Below are positions 49,382 to 58,051 of a stretch of DNA of 58,126 nucleotides, in pieces. Position numbers and translations under genes: made by a program. Origin of the DNA: Dehalococcoidia bacterium (GTDB lineage: Bacteria; Chloroflexota; Dehalococcoidia; Lucifugimonadales; GCA-2712585). Below the pieces are notes generated by a model. It did no database searches. It was not told where the DNA came from and was given only the letters and a program-made list of their open reading frames with translations. The stretch's first letter is position 1; each line of letters begins with the position of its first letter. The stretch lies in assembly GCA_034420855.1 (NCBI GenBank), contig DAOUKX010000016.1, positions 1 through 58,126 of the forward strand. The letters run 5' to 3'.

Positions 49382-51718
49382 TCAAATGTGCAGTATGTGT
49401 TCTTGGATTCGATCCTTAGCATCAAGGCGGACTCTATCGGCCCGGCTGAGGTAGTCGTTTACTTCGTCATCCTTTTGACGCATTTCCTTAATGAAGTCCT
49501 TCTGCTGTTTGATGCTAGGAACAGGCACTAGTATTTTAGGCAGCGACCTTTTGTTTAATGTCATTCCTTTTGCTGCGGGTTGCGCATATTTCGTGAAGTC
49601 GAGCGCAGGTAGGATATAGTAAAGATACTCCGCAAGGACACGATTGTCCTTTGGGACAAGTGCCGCGATTGCCTCGTTTGTATAGATCTCCTGTTGTGAT
49701 ATAGCCGTCTTTCCAATCGAGAGCTTGAAACTAAACAAGAGTGTATCCTGTGGTATCGGCTTAGCATTCATCAATTGCACAGCTGCTGGAGTGATTGTGC
49801 GCTCGGTCGTTCGAATGTACTTCGATGTAAAATCTGTAATTGTGGCCCAACTATAAGGGCCATTCCAATAGGAAGAAATTCGCGAGGGCGGCGTCTTGCC
49901 GATGATTATGTCACAAAGGCCGTTAGGACCGCCCAATGGTACCCAATTCTCAGAGCGTGCTGGTAACCTGCGATATATGTTGGGTATTAGCTTAAGTCCA
50001 TTCTTGTCGATTGTCTCCCTACATACGTTGAAGGAACGAGGGGTTTCCTCCATTCGATCCCATTCCTCACGCAGACTTATCAGATCGTTGTCTGGGATAG
50101 GGGGTCTGCCAAATTTGCTTCCTGTCTTCTTGTACCCATCTTCTTGAACATCAAAGAACCACACCTTTGTAGTAGGCTGTCCCTTCTCGAAGATCACGAT
50201 ACTTGTAGGTTGTCCCGCGTACGGTTTGAAGACAAAATTGTGTAGCTTGATAACTGCTTTGACCTTGCATTTTTGGAGTAATACCCGCCGCACCCGTACA
50301 TATTGTGAGCGCTCTCCAAATAAGACTCCATCAGGAACCACAACTCCAGCGCGTCCGCCTGGCTTCAATGCGTCTATGACATGCTTCAAAAATACAGGGT
50401 TGGCATCTCTGTATTTCAATCCGTAATAGTGCGAATACTCCGTTTTTTGCGAAAATGGGTAATTGGTCAGTACAACATCATACTTGTCCGTAACAGGATC
50501 ACTTAGGCTGTCGACTTGAACGATATTGGTATGCCCATCTCCGGTTAAGATCATGTTCATTTTGGCAATTTTTGCCGAACCAGTAAGTTCCCTTCCGAAC
50601 ACTGTGTGGTTCTTCAATAATTCGAGTGCGTCATCAGTTAGTAATACCTTCCTCTTAATGTGTTCGAAAGCGTATATCAGAAATCCTCCGGTTCCACAAC
50701 AGGGGTCATAGACAGTCTCACCATATCGTGGGTCAATTAACTCCACCATTAGCCGTACAATGTGTCTAGGCGTGAAGTATTCACCAAGGTCATTTCCAAC
50801 GGTTACGGAGTTCTTTAGGAAATACTCAAAGGCGTCCCCCTTGATATCTGAGTCAGCGTTGAGCAGTGTAAGCTCCGAAAGCTTGTCAACAATGCGTTTG
50901 ATAGTAGAGGGAGTATTGATTAGGAGCTTTGATTGAAAAACGTCACCGCTATGGTTGTAACGATTGACTAATCGCGGAAGTATAGTGTCGTTGATGTAGT
51001 CGAGCATGTCCTCTGCACTTCTATGGCAGAATTGGTCCCAGCAATATCGGCGTTCTAGAATCCTAGCTTCCCCTCTTTGCTCGCGTTCATCTTCAATCTC
51101 GCTAATGAGCTTCAAGAACAGGAGGTTTGAGAACTCTGTGAATCGTTCAATTCCCTCTCGAAGCCCCTCGTTCCGAAGAAGATCGTTCGCGTCTTTGAAT
51201 ACTTGAATGAGTCTTTGCTTAGAAAGGCTAACCTCACTCGGAGTCTCAATGCTGGACCCTTCTGCGATAAAACGAAGAAGCGTTTGCTCAGCGACAAGAT
51301 CAGTAACCACATCCCCATCAATGCGGAGTGTAGTGGCCGACCTAATGTCATGGGTTTCTGTTATGCTTCCGTCGCTTGCGAAAACAATAGGAATTCCGAG
51401 AGGCTTGGCATATTTCTCAATAGCTTGGCAGAGTGCTTTTCTAAGTGTTTCCCCCGGCTTCTTCGCCTCAATTATGCCAATGGGCTTATCAGAGCCAGTC
51501 TGATATAGTGTATAATCAGGCGGTTTCCCTTTAAGACGTTGAGCTTGTACTTGCGTCTTGGCACGTTCTGTAAATACATTGCATGAAGGTGACGCTTCGT
51601 CCGTAGACCAACCAAGATTGTTGAGCGTCGCATCGATTCGCTTACGCGCAGCCGATTCTTTCGGGCTTGTTAATTCAGCCACTGCATTGATCCTTGGGAA
51701 ATCGTACTGCAATGGCAC
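49382..51718 (-). CDS. single-chain restriction-modification enzyme (Type IIG-like): PD-(D/E)xK nuclease + gamma-class N6-adenine methyltransferase + one HsdS-type TRD
   Basis: 778 aa, AT-rich, GTG start. N-terminal HSDR_N-like 'PDYTLYQ...IGIIEAKKPG'. MTase motif I 'VYDPCCGTGGFL' and motif IV 'VLTNYPFS'. The C-terminal ~190 aa are HsdS TRD-like ('GKTPP...TNEAIAAL...LVPVPSIKQQKDF'). Confidence 0.8.
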   Translation of the reverse strand: MPLQYDFPRINAVAELTSPKESAARKRIDATLNNLGWSTDEASPSCNVFTERAKTQVQAQRLKGKPPDYTLYQTGSDKPIGIIEAKKPGETLRKALCQAIEKYAKPLGIPIVFASDGSITETHDIRSATTLRIDGDVVTDLVAEQTLLRFIAEGSSIETPSEVSLSKQRLIQVFKDANDLLRNEGLREGIERFTEFSNLLFLKLISEIEDEREQRGEARILERRYCWDQFCHRSAEDMLDYINDTILPRLVNRYNHSGDVFQSKLLINTPSTIKRIVDKLSELTLLNADSDIKGDAFEYFLKNSVTVGNDLGEYFTPRHIVRLMVELIDPRYGETVYDPCCGTGGFLIYAFEHIKRKVLLTDDALELLKNHTVFGRELTGSAKIAKMNMILTGDGHTNIVQVDSLSDPVTDKYDVVLTNYPFSQKTEYSHYYGLKYRDANPVFLKHVIDALKPGGRAGVVVPDGVLFGERSQYVRVRRVLLQKCKVKAVIKLHNFVFKPYAGQPTSIVIFEKGQPTTKVWFFDVQEDGYKKTGSKFGRPPIPDNDLISLREEWDRMEETPRSFNVCRETIDKNGLKLIPNIYRRLPARSENWVPLGGPNGLCDIIIGKTPPSRISSYWNGPYSWATITDFTSKYIRTTERTITPAAVQLMNAKPIPQDTLLFSFKLSIGKTAISQQEIYTNEAIAALVPKDNRVLAEYLYYILPALDFTKYAQPAAKGMTLNKRSLPKILVPVPSIKQQKDFIKEMRQKDDEVNDYLSRADRVRLDAKDRIQEHILHI

Positions 51719-51803
51719 CTGCTAGCTGGTGATTGCTGTCTTGTAGAATTCGTTCTACTTCATCCACTTTCGTCTTTTTCTCCTCTAGAATTCCCTCCCA
51801 TCC

Positions 51804-51840
51804 CCCCTAGTCAAACTGGGTTATCAGGCCGCGGCCTATC
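51804..51840. repeat. direct repeat copy B: the actual 3' end of the ADH gene
   Basis: See copy A. Coordinates are anchored on the ADH stop codon at 51807-51809. Confidence 0.75.
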
Positions 51841-52910
51841 GCTCCGCTGTTCAGGTCCTCGTAGGCCTCGTTTATCTCCTCCAGGCGGTAGCTGCGGGTT
51901 ATTAAAGCGTCAAGGTCCAGCTGTCCGTTCATGTACAGGTCCACCATCCGCGGCATGTCCGAATGCAGCTGAGCGGAGCCGTAGTACGTTCCCTTCAACG
52001 TCTTCTCATGCCGTACCAGCGATACCGCGTCGATGGTGGGCATGTCTCCGTCGGGCGTGAGTCCCACCACGGTGATGGTGCCGCCCTTTCGGGCCATCTC
52101 GTAGGCGATCTCCACCGTTTCGGAAGAACCGAACACCTCAAAGGTGTAGTCGGCGCCCAGACCGCCGGTAATCTCCTTCACCCGTCCCGGTCCGTCCTGC
52201 TGACGGGGGTTTACGGCATGGGTCGCTCCGAATTGCATGGCGAACTCCAACGCCCCCTCGCTGATGTCCACGGCGATAATCATGCGGGCGCCGGCCAGCC
52301 GCGCCCCCATGATGACGTTGAGTCCCACGCCGCCGCAGCCCACGACGGCAACCGTCGCGCCTGGCTCCACCCTGGCAGCGTTGACCACCGCACCAACCCC
52401 GGTGGTCACACAGCATCCGATTACCGCCGCCTTGTCCAGCCCAAGCTCCTTCGGGCAGGGTATGCATGACACCTCCGGCACCACCGAATACTGGGAAAAG
52501 CAGGCCAGCTTGGCCATGGGCGTAACGTTCGTTTCGCCCTTGTGCAGCCTGTAAGTGCCGTCCATCATCGTTGTGGACGTGGCCATGTGTACGTCGCACA
52601 AGTTGGGTCGGCCAATGGTGCAGAAGTGACATTTTCCGCACCTGGAGACGAAGGACAGGATAACCGGATCCCCCGGCTTGAGAGACGTGACGCCAGGCCC
52701 CACCTCCTGCACGACGCCGGAGCCTTCGTGGCCCAGCACCGCCGGCAGGGGCATGGACGCCGCTCCGTGCATGAAGTGCCAGTCGCTACGGCAGATGCCA
52801 GCCGCGCCTATCTTCACCAGCACCTCCCCCTCCTTTGGCGGGTCCAGGTCTAACTCTTCAATTACCAACGGAGTTTTCGCTTCGTACAGGACCGCCGCTT
52901 TTGTCTTCAT
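51807..52910 (-). CDS. zinc-dependent alcohol dehydrogenase family protein
   Basis: 'GICRSDWH', 'GHEGSGVVQEVG', 'CGKCHFCTIGRPNLC', 'GCGGVGLNV'. The ATG at 52910 forms ATGA with the FAH stop. The ORF-track extension to 53417 overlaps the FAH gene. Confidence 0.85.
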   Translation of the reverse strand: MKTKAAVLYEAKTPLVIEELDLDPPKEGEVLVKIGAAGICRSDWHFMHGAASMPLPAVLGHEGSGVVQEVGPGVTSLKPGDPVILSFVSRCGKCHFCTIGRPNLCDVHMATSTTMMDGTYRLHKGETNVTPMAKLACFSQYSVVPEVSCIPCPKELGLDKAAVIGCCVTTGVGAVVNAARVEPGATVAVVGCGGVGLNVIMGARLAGARMIIAVDISEGALEFAMQFGATHAVNPRQQDGPGRVKEITGGLGADYTFEVFGSSETVEIAYEMARKGGTITVVGLTPDGDMPTIDAVSLVRHEKTLKGTYYGSAQLHSDMPRMVDLYMNGQLDLDALITRSYRLEEINEAYEDLNSGAIGRGLITQFD

Positions 52911-53728
52911 GATTCGTTCCCTTCTATATTGGACTGACCCACCGGCGGGGCCTCTCTTACAACCGGATTTCTGAGGGTTCCAATGCCGCTTATCTCCACC
53001 TCCACCACGTCGCCGTCCTTGATATTCTGGGTAGCTCCGTCCGTGCCCATCCAGATAACGTCCCCGGGATAGAGGGTGATGTTCCGGCTCATGGTGCTGA
53101 TGTATTCGGCAATGCCGAAGACCATGTTGTTGGTCGGAAACTCTGAGACCACTTCGTTGTTGATGCGCACGGTGGTCATCATCCGACGAAGATTGACCTT
53201 CGTCTCTATCCAGGGGCCCATGGGCTTGAAGGTATCCGAGTTCTTGGAGCGCCACATGGTGCGGTCGCTGCGTTGCCACGAACGCTCGCTCACGTCGTTG
53301 CCGATGGTGTAACCGAAGACGCAATCCAGCGCCTCGTCCTCCGACACGTTCTTGACCTGCTTGCCGATGACTGCTACCAACTCCCCCTCGTACTGCACCT
53401 CCTCGGTGGCGTCCCACGGAATGACGATGGTATCGCCGTGGGCGATGAGGGCGTTCACGGCCCGGTAGCCAATGTCCGGCTTGTCGGGCAGTTCCGGCTC
53501 CTCACCGCGGGATTCTGCCGTCTCCGTCACGTGGGCTGCGTAGTTCAGCCCGGCGGCATAGAAGGTCGGCGGCTGGCAGGGTACCAGTATCTCCACCCGG
53601 TCGATGTGCCGTCTCACCGACGTCATGTCGTAGCGACCGAAGGGGTCGCCCATAATCTCCGTGACCGTAGAGCCGTCCACCACGCCGTAGGCTATCTTGT
53701 CGAGGGACTTGAACCTGCAGAATTTCAT
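52907..53728 (-). CDS. fumarylacetoacetate hydrolase (FAH) family protein
   Basis: 273 aa. 'PPTFYAAGLNYAAHV', 'YEGELVAVIGK', 'IGNDVSER'. Confidence 0.85.
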   Translation of the reverse strand: MKFCRFKSLDKIAYGVVDGSTVTEIMGDPFGRYDMTSVRRHIDRVEILVPCQPPTFYAAGLNYAAHVTETAESRGEEPELPDKPDIGYRAVNALIAHGDTIVIPWDATEEVQYEGELVAVIGKQVKNVSEDEALDCVFGYTIGNDVSERSWQRSDRTMWRSKNSDTFKPMGPWIETKVNLRRMMTTVRINNEVVSEFPTNNMVFGIAEYISTMSRNITLYPGDVIWMGTDGATQNIKDGDVVEVEISGIGTLRNPVVREAPPVGQSNIEGNES

Positions 53729-53734
53729 AGCGCT

Positions 53735-55438
53735 TCATCCCTCCTGACCGGAATCAGTCGCCCCGCGACGCTCCAGCCACTTGTCGATGGCCGCCTTAGC
53801 GCGAGGGCTGATGCCGCACTGAATCTCCACGTTGACCAGGCTGGGCCGTCCCGATTCGAAGGCCCGCTGGAGCGCAGGGGCCAACTCCTCCGGCCTCGTC
53901 ACGTGCTCGCCGTAGCCTCCCAACCCCTCCACCACCTTGTCGTACCGGGTATAAAGGAGCTTGGTTGCGGTGTCGCGACCGAATAGCCCCACCTGAATAT
54001 GATAGTCGATGCCCCACGTCGCGTCGTTGCCCAGCACCGCGACTATGGGCAGGTTATGACGCACCGCGGTGTCGAACTCCATGGCGGTGAAGCCGAAGCC
54101 GCCGTCCCCCGCCATCAGCACCACCCGCTCGTCCGGGTGGGCCACCTGGGCCGCAATGGCCGTGGGTAGCCCGTTGCCGAGGGTCCCGAACTGGGAAAAG
54201 TAAAACCACCGAAGGGGCATCCGCGCCGGATGCAGCATCCGTCCGAAGTGGCCGAAGTCTCCGCCGTCCCAGACGAGAATGTCCTCCGGCTTCAGAAACT
54301 CGGACAACACATTGTGCACATAGGAGGCGTGCATGGGGGCTTCCGCCTTCGCGATGCCATCGAACCACTTTGCCTGGGCTTTCTGTTGCTCCCGCATCTC
54401 CTCTATCCACGACTGCCGCTCCGACCAGGACTTACCCTGTGCCGCCGCGGTCATCTGCTCAACTATGGCCGAAAGGTCTCCCGCCATGCCCACGTCCACG
54501 GCCCGATTGCGCCCGATCTCCGTGGGCGATGGGTCCACCTGCACGATGTGGGCGGAATCGTCGAAGATTCCTCCGAATCGGATGGTGTTGTCCATCTTCT
54601 TGCCCAGCAGCAGCACCGCGTCGGCGCGTCCCACCAGCTTGGCGGCCCAGTTCAACGCCGTGTCGAAGAAACCCAGGCAGTAGGGATGGTCGTCCGACAC
54701 CAGCCCTCGGGCCTGGTCAGCCGTCATCAAAGGTATCCGCGTCGTCTCGATTAACCCCTGCAGCCAAGCGCCGTCGCTTCCGTAGCCCGCCGATGCGGCG
54801 GCGATAATCAATGGCCTACGGGCGGCGCGAAGAATTTCCACCGCCTTCTGCACCTGTTCGTCGCTGGCCCGCGCCTGGCCCTGAAGGTTGTGTGATGCGG
54901 CGGCGTAGTACCGGAAGTCTGCCTCCGAAACCCGCTGTTCCTGTACGTCCAGGGGAATGGTCAGATGCACAGGTCCCCGCCTGCCCGCGTAGGCCGTCCG
55001 TACCGCCATGGCGATCATGTCCGGTATCCGTCGCGCATCCGAAATCAGCCATGAGCCTTTCGTTACGGCCCCCGCCAGCGCCACCTGGTCAATCTCCTGG
55101 TTCGCGCCCATGCCCAGCTCGGCCACCTCTGCCGAGCCGCCGATGGATAGCATGGGACTTTCGCTGTGCAGCGCGTTTGCCATGCCTGGAATAGCGTTGG
55201 CCATGCCAGGCGTTGTTGCCATCACCACGCCCAGCCCGCCTGTGATCCTACCCCATGCGTCGGCCATGAACGACGCCGCATGTTCGTGGCGGGTGTCGAT
55301 GAAGCGGAAGTCTCCGTCGGCCATCACGTCCATTAGGGGCAGGGTGTGGTCTCCGGCTATGGTGAAGATGTTTGAGACGCCTTCACTCTTGAGCGCGTGG
55401 ACTATCAGGTGGCTGCCGGTGAGGGCGGGAGGACTCAT
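53735..55438 (-). CDS. thiamine-pyrophosphate-dependent enzyme (acetolactate synthase-like family)
   Basis: 567 aa. TPP motif 'GDGGFGFTAMEFDTAVRHNLPIVAVLGND'. Confidence 0.8.
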   Translation of the reverse strand: MSPPALTGSHLIVHALKSEGVSNIFTIAGDHTLPLMDVMADGDFRFIDTRHEHAASFMADAWGRITGGLGVVMATTPGMANAIPGMANALHSESPMLSIGGSAEVAELGMGANQEIDQVALAGAVTKGSWLISDARRIPDMIAMAVRTAYAGRRGPVHLTIPLDVQEQRVSEADFRYYAAASHNLQGQARASDEQVQKAVEILRAARRPLIIAAASAGYGSDGAWLQGLIETTRIPLMTADQARGLVSDDHPYCLGFFDTALNWAAKLVGRADAVLLLGKKMDNTIRFGGIFDDSAHIVQVDPSPTEIGRNRAVDVGMAGDLSAIVEQMTAAAQGKSWSERQSWIEEMREQQKAQAKWFDGIAKAEAPMHASYVHNVLSEFLKPEDILVWDGGDFGHFGRMLHPARMPLRWFYFSQFGTLGNGLPTAIAAQVAHPDERVVLMAGDGGFGFTAMEFDTAVRHNLPIVAVLGNDATWGIDYHIQVGLFGRDTATKLLYTRYDKVVEGLGGYGEHVTRPEELAPALQRAFESGRPSLVNVEIQCGISPRAKAAIDKWLERRGATDSGQEG

Positions 55439-55532
55439 GAGATTGCTTGTCCGATGCTGGGCGTAGGATATGGCCTGATTATGAAATGGCCGCCATTGAG
55501 CGTCAAGTCAACCACTCCGATACTCCTGCGGG

Positions 55533-55562
55533 TTGAGAGCCTGAGAAACACTCCGTTAGAAT
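55533..55562 (+). promoter_or_regulatory. sigma70-like promoter candidate for the asparaginase gene
   Basis: TTGAGA, 18-nt spacer, TAGAAT. The ORF-track ATG at 55561 sits inside the -10 element. Confidence 0.4.
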
Positions 55563-55590
55563 GGGACTACGCCACCCGGGAGGTTCAGCC

Positions 55591-56595
55591 ATGTCGAAAA
55601 AACCCGTAGTCCGAGTCATCGGAACCGGCGGCACCATCGCCACCGTCACCGACGACCGTATGGACTTCACCAACTACCCCGAGACGGGACGCCGCATCTC
55701 CGTCGTCCAATCCCTGAAGCGGGTGCCGGAGGCTAGTTTCATCGCGGAAGTTCGCTCCGAAGACCTGATGAGCGAAGCCAGCAGCAACATCGGCCCAGAG
55801 AACTGGCCTCTCATCGCCCGCCGAATCAACCGGGTCTTTCGAGAGGAGCCGGACGTTGACGGGGTGGTGCTCACCCACGGCACCGGCACCATGGAGGAGA
55901 CCGCCTATTTCCTGCAGCTGACCGTCAAGTCCTCCAAGCCCGTCGTCATGACCGGCGCCATGCGGCCCGCCTCTGCCGTAGGAACCGACGCAGACCTGAA
56001 CCTGTTCAATGCCATCCAGGTAGCAGCCAGCCCAAACGCCGCCGGTCGAGGCGTTCTGGTGGTGATGAATAACCAGATCCACAATGGGAGGGACGTTACC
56101 AAGACGGACCCCCTCCACGTGGAGACCTTCAAGGACTCGGACACCGGTCTTCTTGGCTACTGCGACCCCGACGGGCAGGTGGCCTTCTACCGCTCCGTTG
56201 AGCGAAAGCACACGGTTGACACCGTATTTGATCCGGAGAAGATGGACGCCCTGCCCCGTGTAGACATTGTCCCAACCTACGCTGGCGCCGACGGGATGTT
56301 GGTGAATGCCGTCCGCAGCCACGGCTCCCCAGGTCTGATTCTGGCCGGGGTGGGCGGCGGCAGCTCCGCCTCTCCGGCTCCCCGCGCCGCAATGGAGGCG
56401 ATGGAGGACGGCATGACCGTTGTGCTGGCCTCCCGCACCGCCAACGGGAGGGTGGTGATGACTCAGGGCAAGGAGCGGGACGGATTCATCGTGGCGGACA
56501 ATCTGCTTCCCCACAAGGCGCGAATCCTGCTGATGGTGGCCCTCTCCGTCACCAAGGACAGCCAGGCCATCCAGCAGATGTTTTACGAGTATTAA
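55591..56595 (+). CDS. L-asparaginase
   Basis: 'VIGTGGTIATV' and 'THGTGTMEETAYFL'. The ATG at 55591 has GGGAGG 8 nt upstream. Confidence 0.85.
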   Translation: MSKKPVVRVIGTGGTIATVTDDRMDFTNYPETGRRISVVQSLKRVPEASFIAEVRSEDLMSEASSNIGPENWPLIARRINRVFREEPDVDGVVLTHGTGTMEETAYFLQLTVKSSKPVVMTGAMRPASAVGTDADLNLFNAIQVAASPNAAGRGVLVVMNNQIHNGRDVTKTDPLHVETFKDSDTGLLGYCDPDGQVAFYRSVERKHTVDTVFDPEKMDALPRVDIVPTYAGADGMLVNAVRSHGSPGLILAGVGGGSSASPAPRAAMEAMEDGMTVVLASRTANGRVVMTQGKERDGFIVADNLLPHKARILLMVALSVTKDSQAIQQMFYEY

Positions 56596-56640
56596 AGGGC
56601 CTCGCCCCCTCACTTTTCCCCTTATGTCGCTTCTGGATTT

Positions 56641-57696
56641 ATGTTATCCCGCGGCGCCTCTAGCATATCATTTAAGCACCCTCACACGTCTATGGAGAAG
56701 GTGGCGATCTGCGTTATGCTTCGAACATGCTTCATCGTCCTCGCTCTCTTGGTTGTCTGCCTGCTGGCGTCCTGCGGCCCCAAGGACAAACGCGTGGCGT
56801 TCGTTTCCGAACGGGGCGGCGACACGATGGCCTACACCATGGCCTCCGATGGCTCTGAGGTTACCAGCGTTCCCTCCGGTGGCGACGAGAGCATGATTCC
56901 CAGCTGGTCGCCCACCAGAGACCACGTCGCCCTGATCTCCAAAGATGGCGACTCCTCCCGTCTCCACGTCTTGTCCCAGCAGGGAGAAGAGTGGGCAGCC
57001 TGCTCTGTCGATGAAGATCAGGTGCTGGACTACAGCTGGGGCCCAAAGGGCGAACGCATCGCTTTCCTGGCGGGCACCTCCGAGAATGCGGATATCTTCA
57101 TTGCCGACTTGAAATGCTTAAACGTCGAACCTATAACCTATGATGGTGGCGCAATGGTCTTGGGCAACTGGTCGGAAGACGGCCACTGGGTGGTCTACTC
57201 TATCCACGATGAAGACGGTCGAGGCATCTTTCTCCGCAATCCCAGCGGCGTGGACAGAAGGAGAATCAACGACAAGGCGGCGATGCAGCTGGCCTTCGCT
57301 CCAAGGGGCGGCGGCTTCGCCTTCATGACACAGGATGAGGAAGAAACCCGCATCTGGGCTTCGGAAAGCCCCGACCTGCCTCCCGTCAGCATAACCAATC
57401 AAGCGGCTACGGACTCCACCTTCGCCTGGTCCCCGGACGGCAAACGCATCGTCTTCGTCTCCGACAGGGACGGCGATCCGGAGATCTATACCATGAAGGC
57501 CAACGGCTCCGACCAGAAACAGCTCACCCGCAACGAAATCACCGACTCCCTGCCCTCCTGGTCCTCCAATGGCAAGCGCATCATCTTCGTTTCTGACCTT
57601 CATGAGAATACGGAAATCTTCACCATGAAGGACGACGGGACCGACCAGCAGCGCCTCACCAACAACGACTACAACGACACTCAGCCCAGCTGGTAG
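56641..57696 (+). CDS. PD40/TolB-like beta-propeller lipoprotein
   Basis: Lipobox 'LLASCG'. Repeated '(W)SPDG.RI.FVSDRDG..EI..M..DG(S/T)' units. The start may instead be the ATG at 56692. Confidence 0.75.
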   Translation: MLSRGASSISFKHPHTSMEKVAICVMLRTCFIVLALLVVCLLASCGPKDKRVAFVSERGGDTMAYTMASDGSEVTSVPSGGDESMIPSWSPTRDHVALISKDGDSSRLHVLSQQGEEWAACSVDEDQVLDYSWGPKGERIAFLAGTSENADIFIADLKCLNVEPITYDGGAMVLGNWSEDGHWVVYSIHDEDGRGIFLRNPSGVDRRRINDKAAMQLAFAPRGGGFAFMTQDEEETRIWASESPDLPPVSITNQAATDSTFAWSPDGKRIVFVSDRDGDPEIYTMKANGSDQKQLTRNEITDSLPSWSSNGKRIIFVSDLHENTEIFTMKDDGTDQQRLTNNDYNDTQPSW

Positions 57697-57782
57697 TCAC
57701 GCCCCCCAGAAGCTCCTTCCTGCACGTTTGCCCACCCTGTGGCATAATCTAACCTCTGGGCTCTTGCCCAACCTTTTGACGA

Positions 57783-57853
57783 TGCCCGGTGGTGCAGCGG
57801 TAGCACAGCGGACTTTGGATCCGCTGACCCTGGTTCGAATCCAGGCCGGGCAG
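57783..57853 (+). tRNA. tRNA-Gln (anticodon UUG)
   Basis: Hand-folded cloverleaf: acceptor TGCCCGG/CCGGGCA, D stem GTGC/GCAC, anticodon stem GCGGA/TCCGC with loop CTTTGGA, T arm CCTGG-TTCGAAT-CCAGG. No encoded CCA. Confidence 0.85.
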
Positions 57854-57965
57854 CTTTTTCCCTCCCATATTAGCCGTAAGAGTCCCTATTTTGCCTATTT
57901 TTGTAGCTAAAGCAGCGACTTGCTGTTTCTTGACAATTCGGTAGAATCTCACTTTGCCCATCATT

Positions 57966-58027
57966 CCCCACATCCTATGTGGGGAGGATGTGGGGGGAAA
58001 TATCGCGGAGTCTGCCTAAATGTGGGG
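57966..58027. repeat. cluster of ATGTGGGG motifs (one palindromic pair plus two direct copies) upstream of the integrase
   Basis: CCCCACAT-CCT-ATGTGGGG at 57966-57984, with further ATGTGGGG copies at about 57988 and 58020. Confidence 0.6.
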
Positions 58028-58051
58028 AAAAACAAGGGGGAAAGAAGCCAA

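Larger units (their letters stand above)
49333..51840 (-). mobile_element. putative ~2.5-kb inserted RM unit bounded by imperfect 37-nt direct repeats
   Basis: The AT-rich cargo is a single RM gene, flanked by duplicated ADH 3'-end sequence. No recombinase lies inside. Confidence 0.5.

Noticed and set aside
52911-53417. 536-aa version of the ADH ORF extending over the FAH gene.
   Set aside because: The extension is a shadow frame over the FAH-family gene. ADH homology ('MKTKAAVLYEAK...') starts at the ATG at 52910, coupled to the FAH stop.
55561-55590. ORF-track start at 55561 for the asparaginase.
   Set aside because: That ATG lies inside the predicted -10 (TAGAAT) element. The ATG at 55591 has a GGGAGG RBS and gives the family-typical 'MSKKPVVRVIGTGGTIA' N-terminus.
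57966-58027. ATGTGGGG repeats as a possible CRISPR array.
   Set aside because: The repeats are only 8 nt, irregularly spaced and partly palindromic, and they lie next to an integrase start. They are far more consistent with protein-binding sites than with CRISPR repeats.
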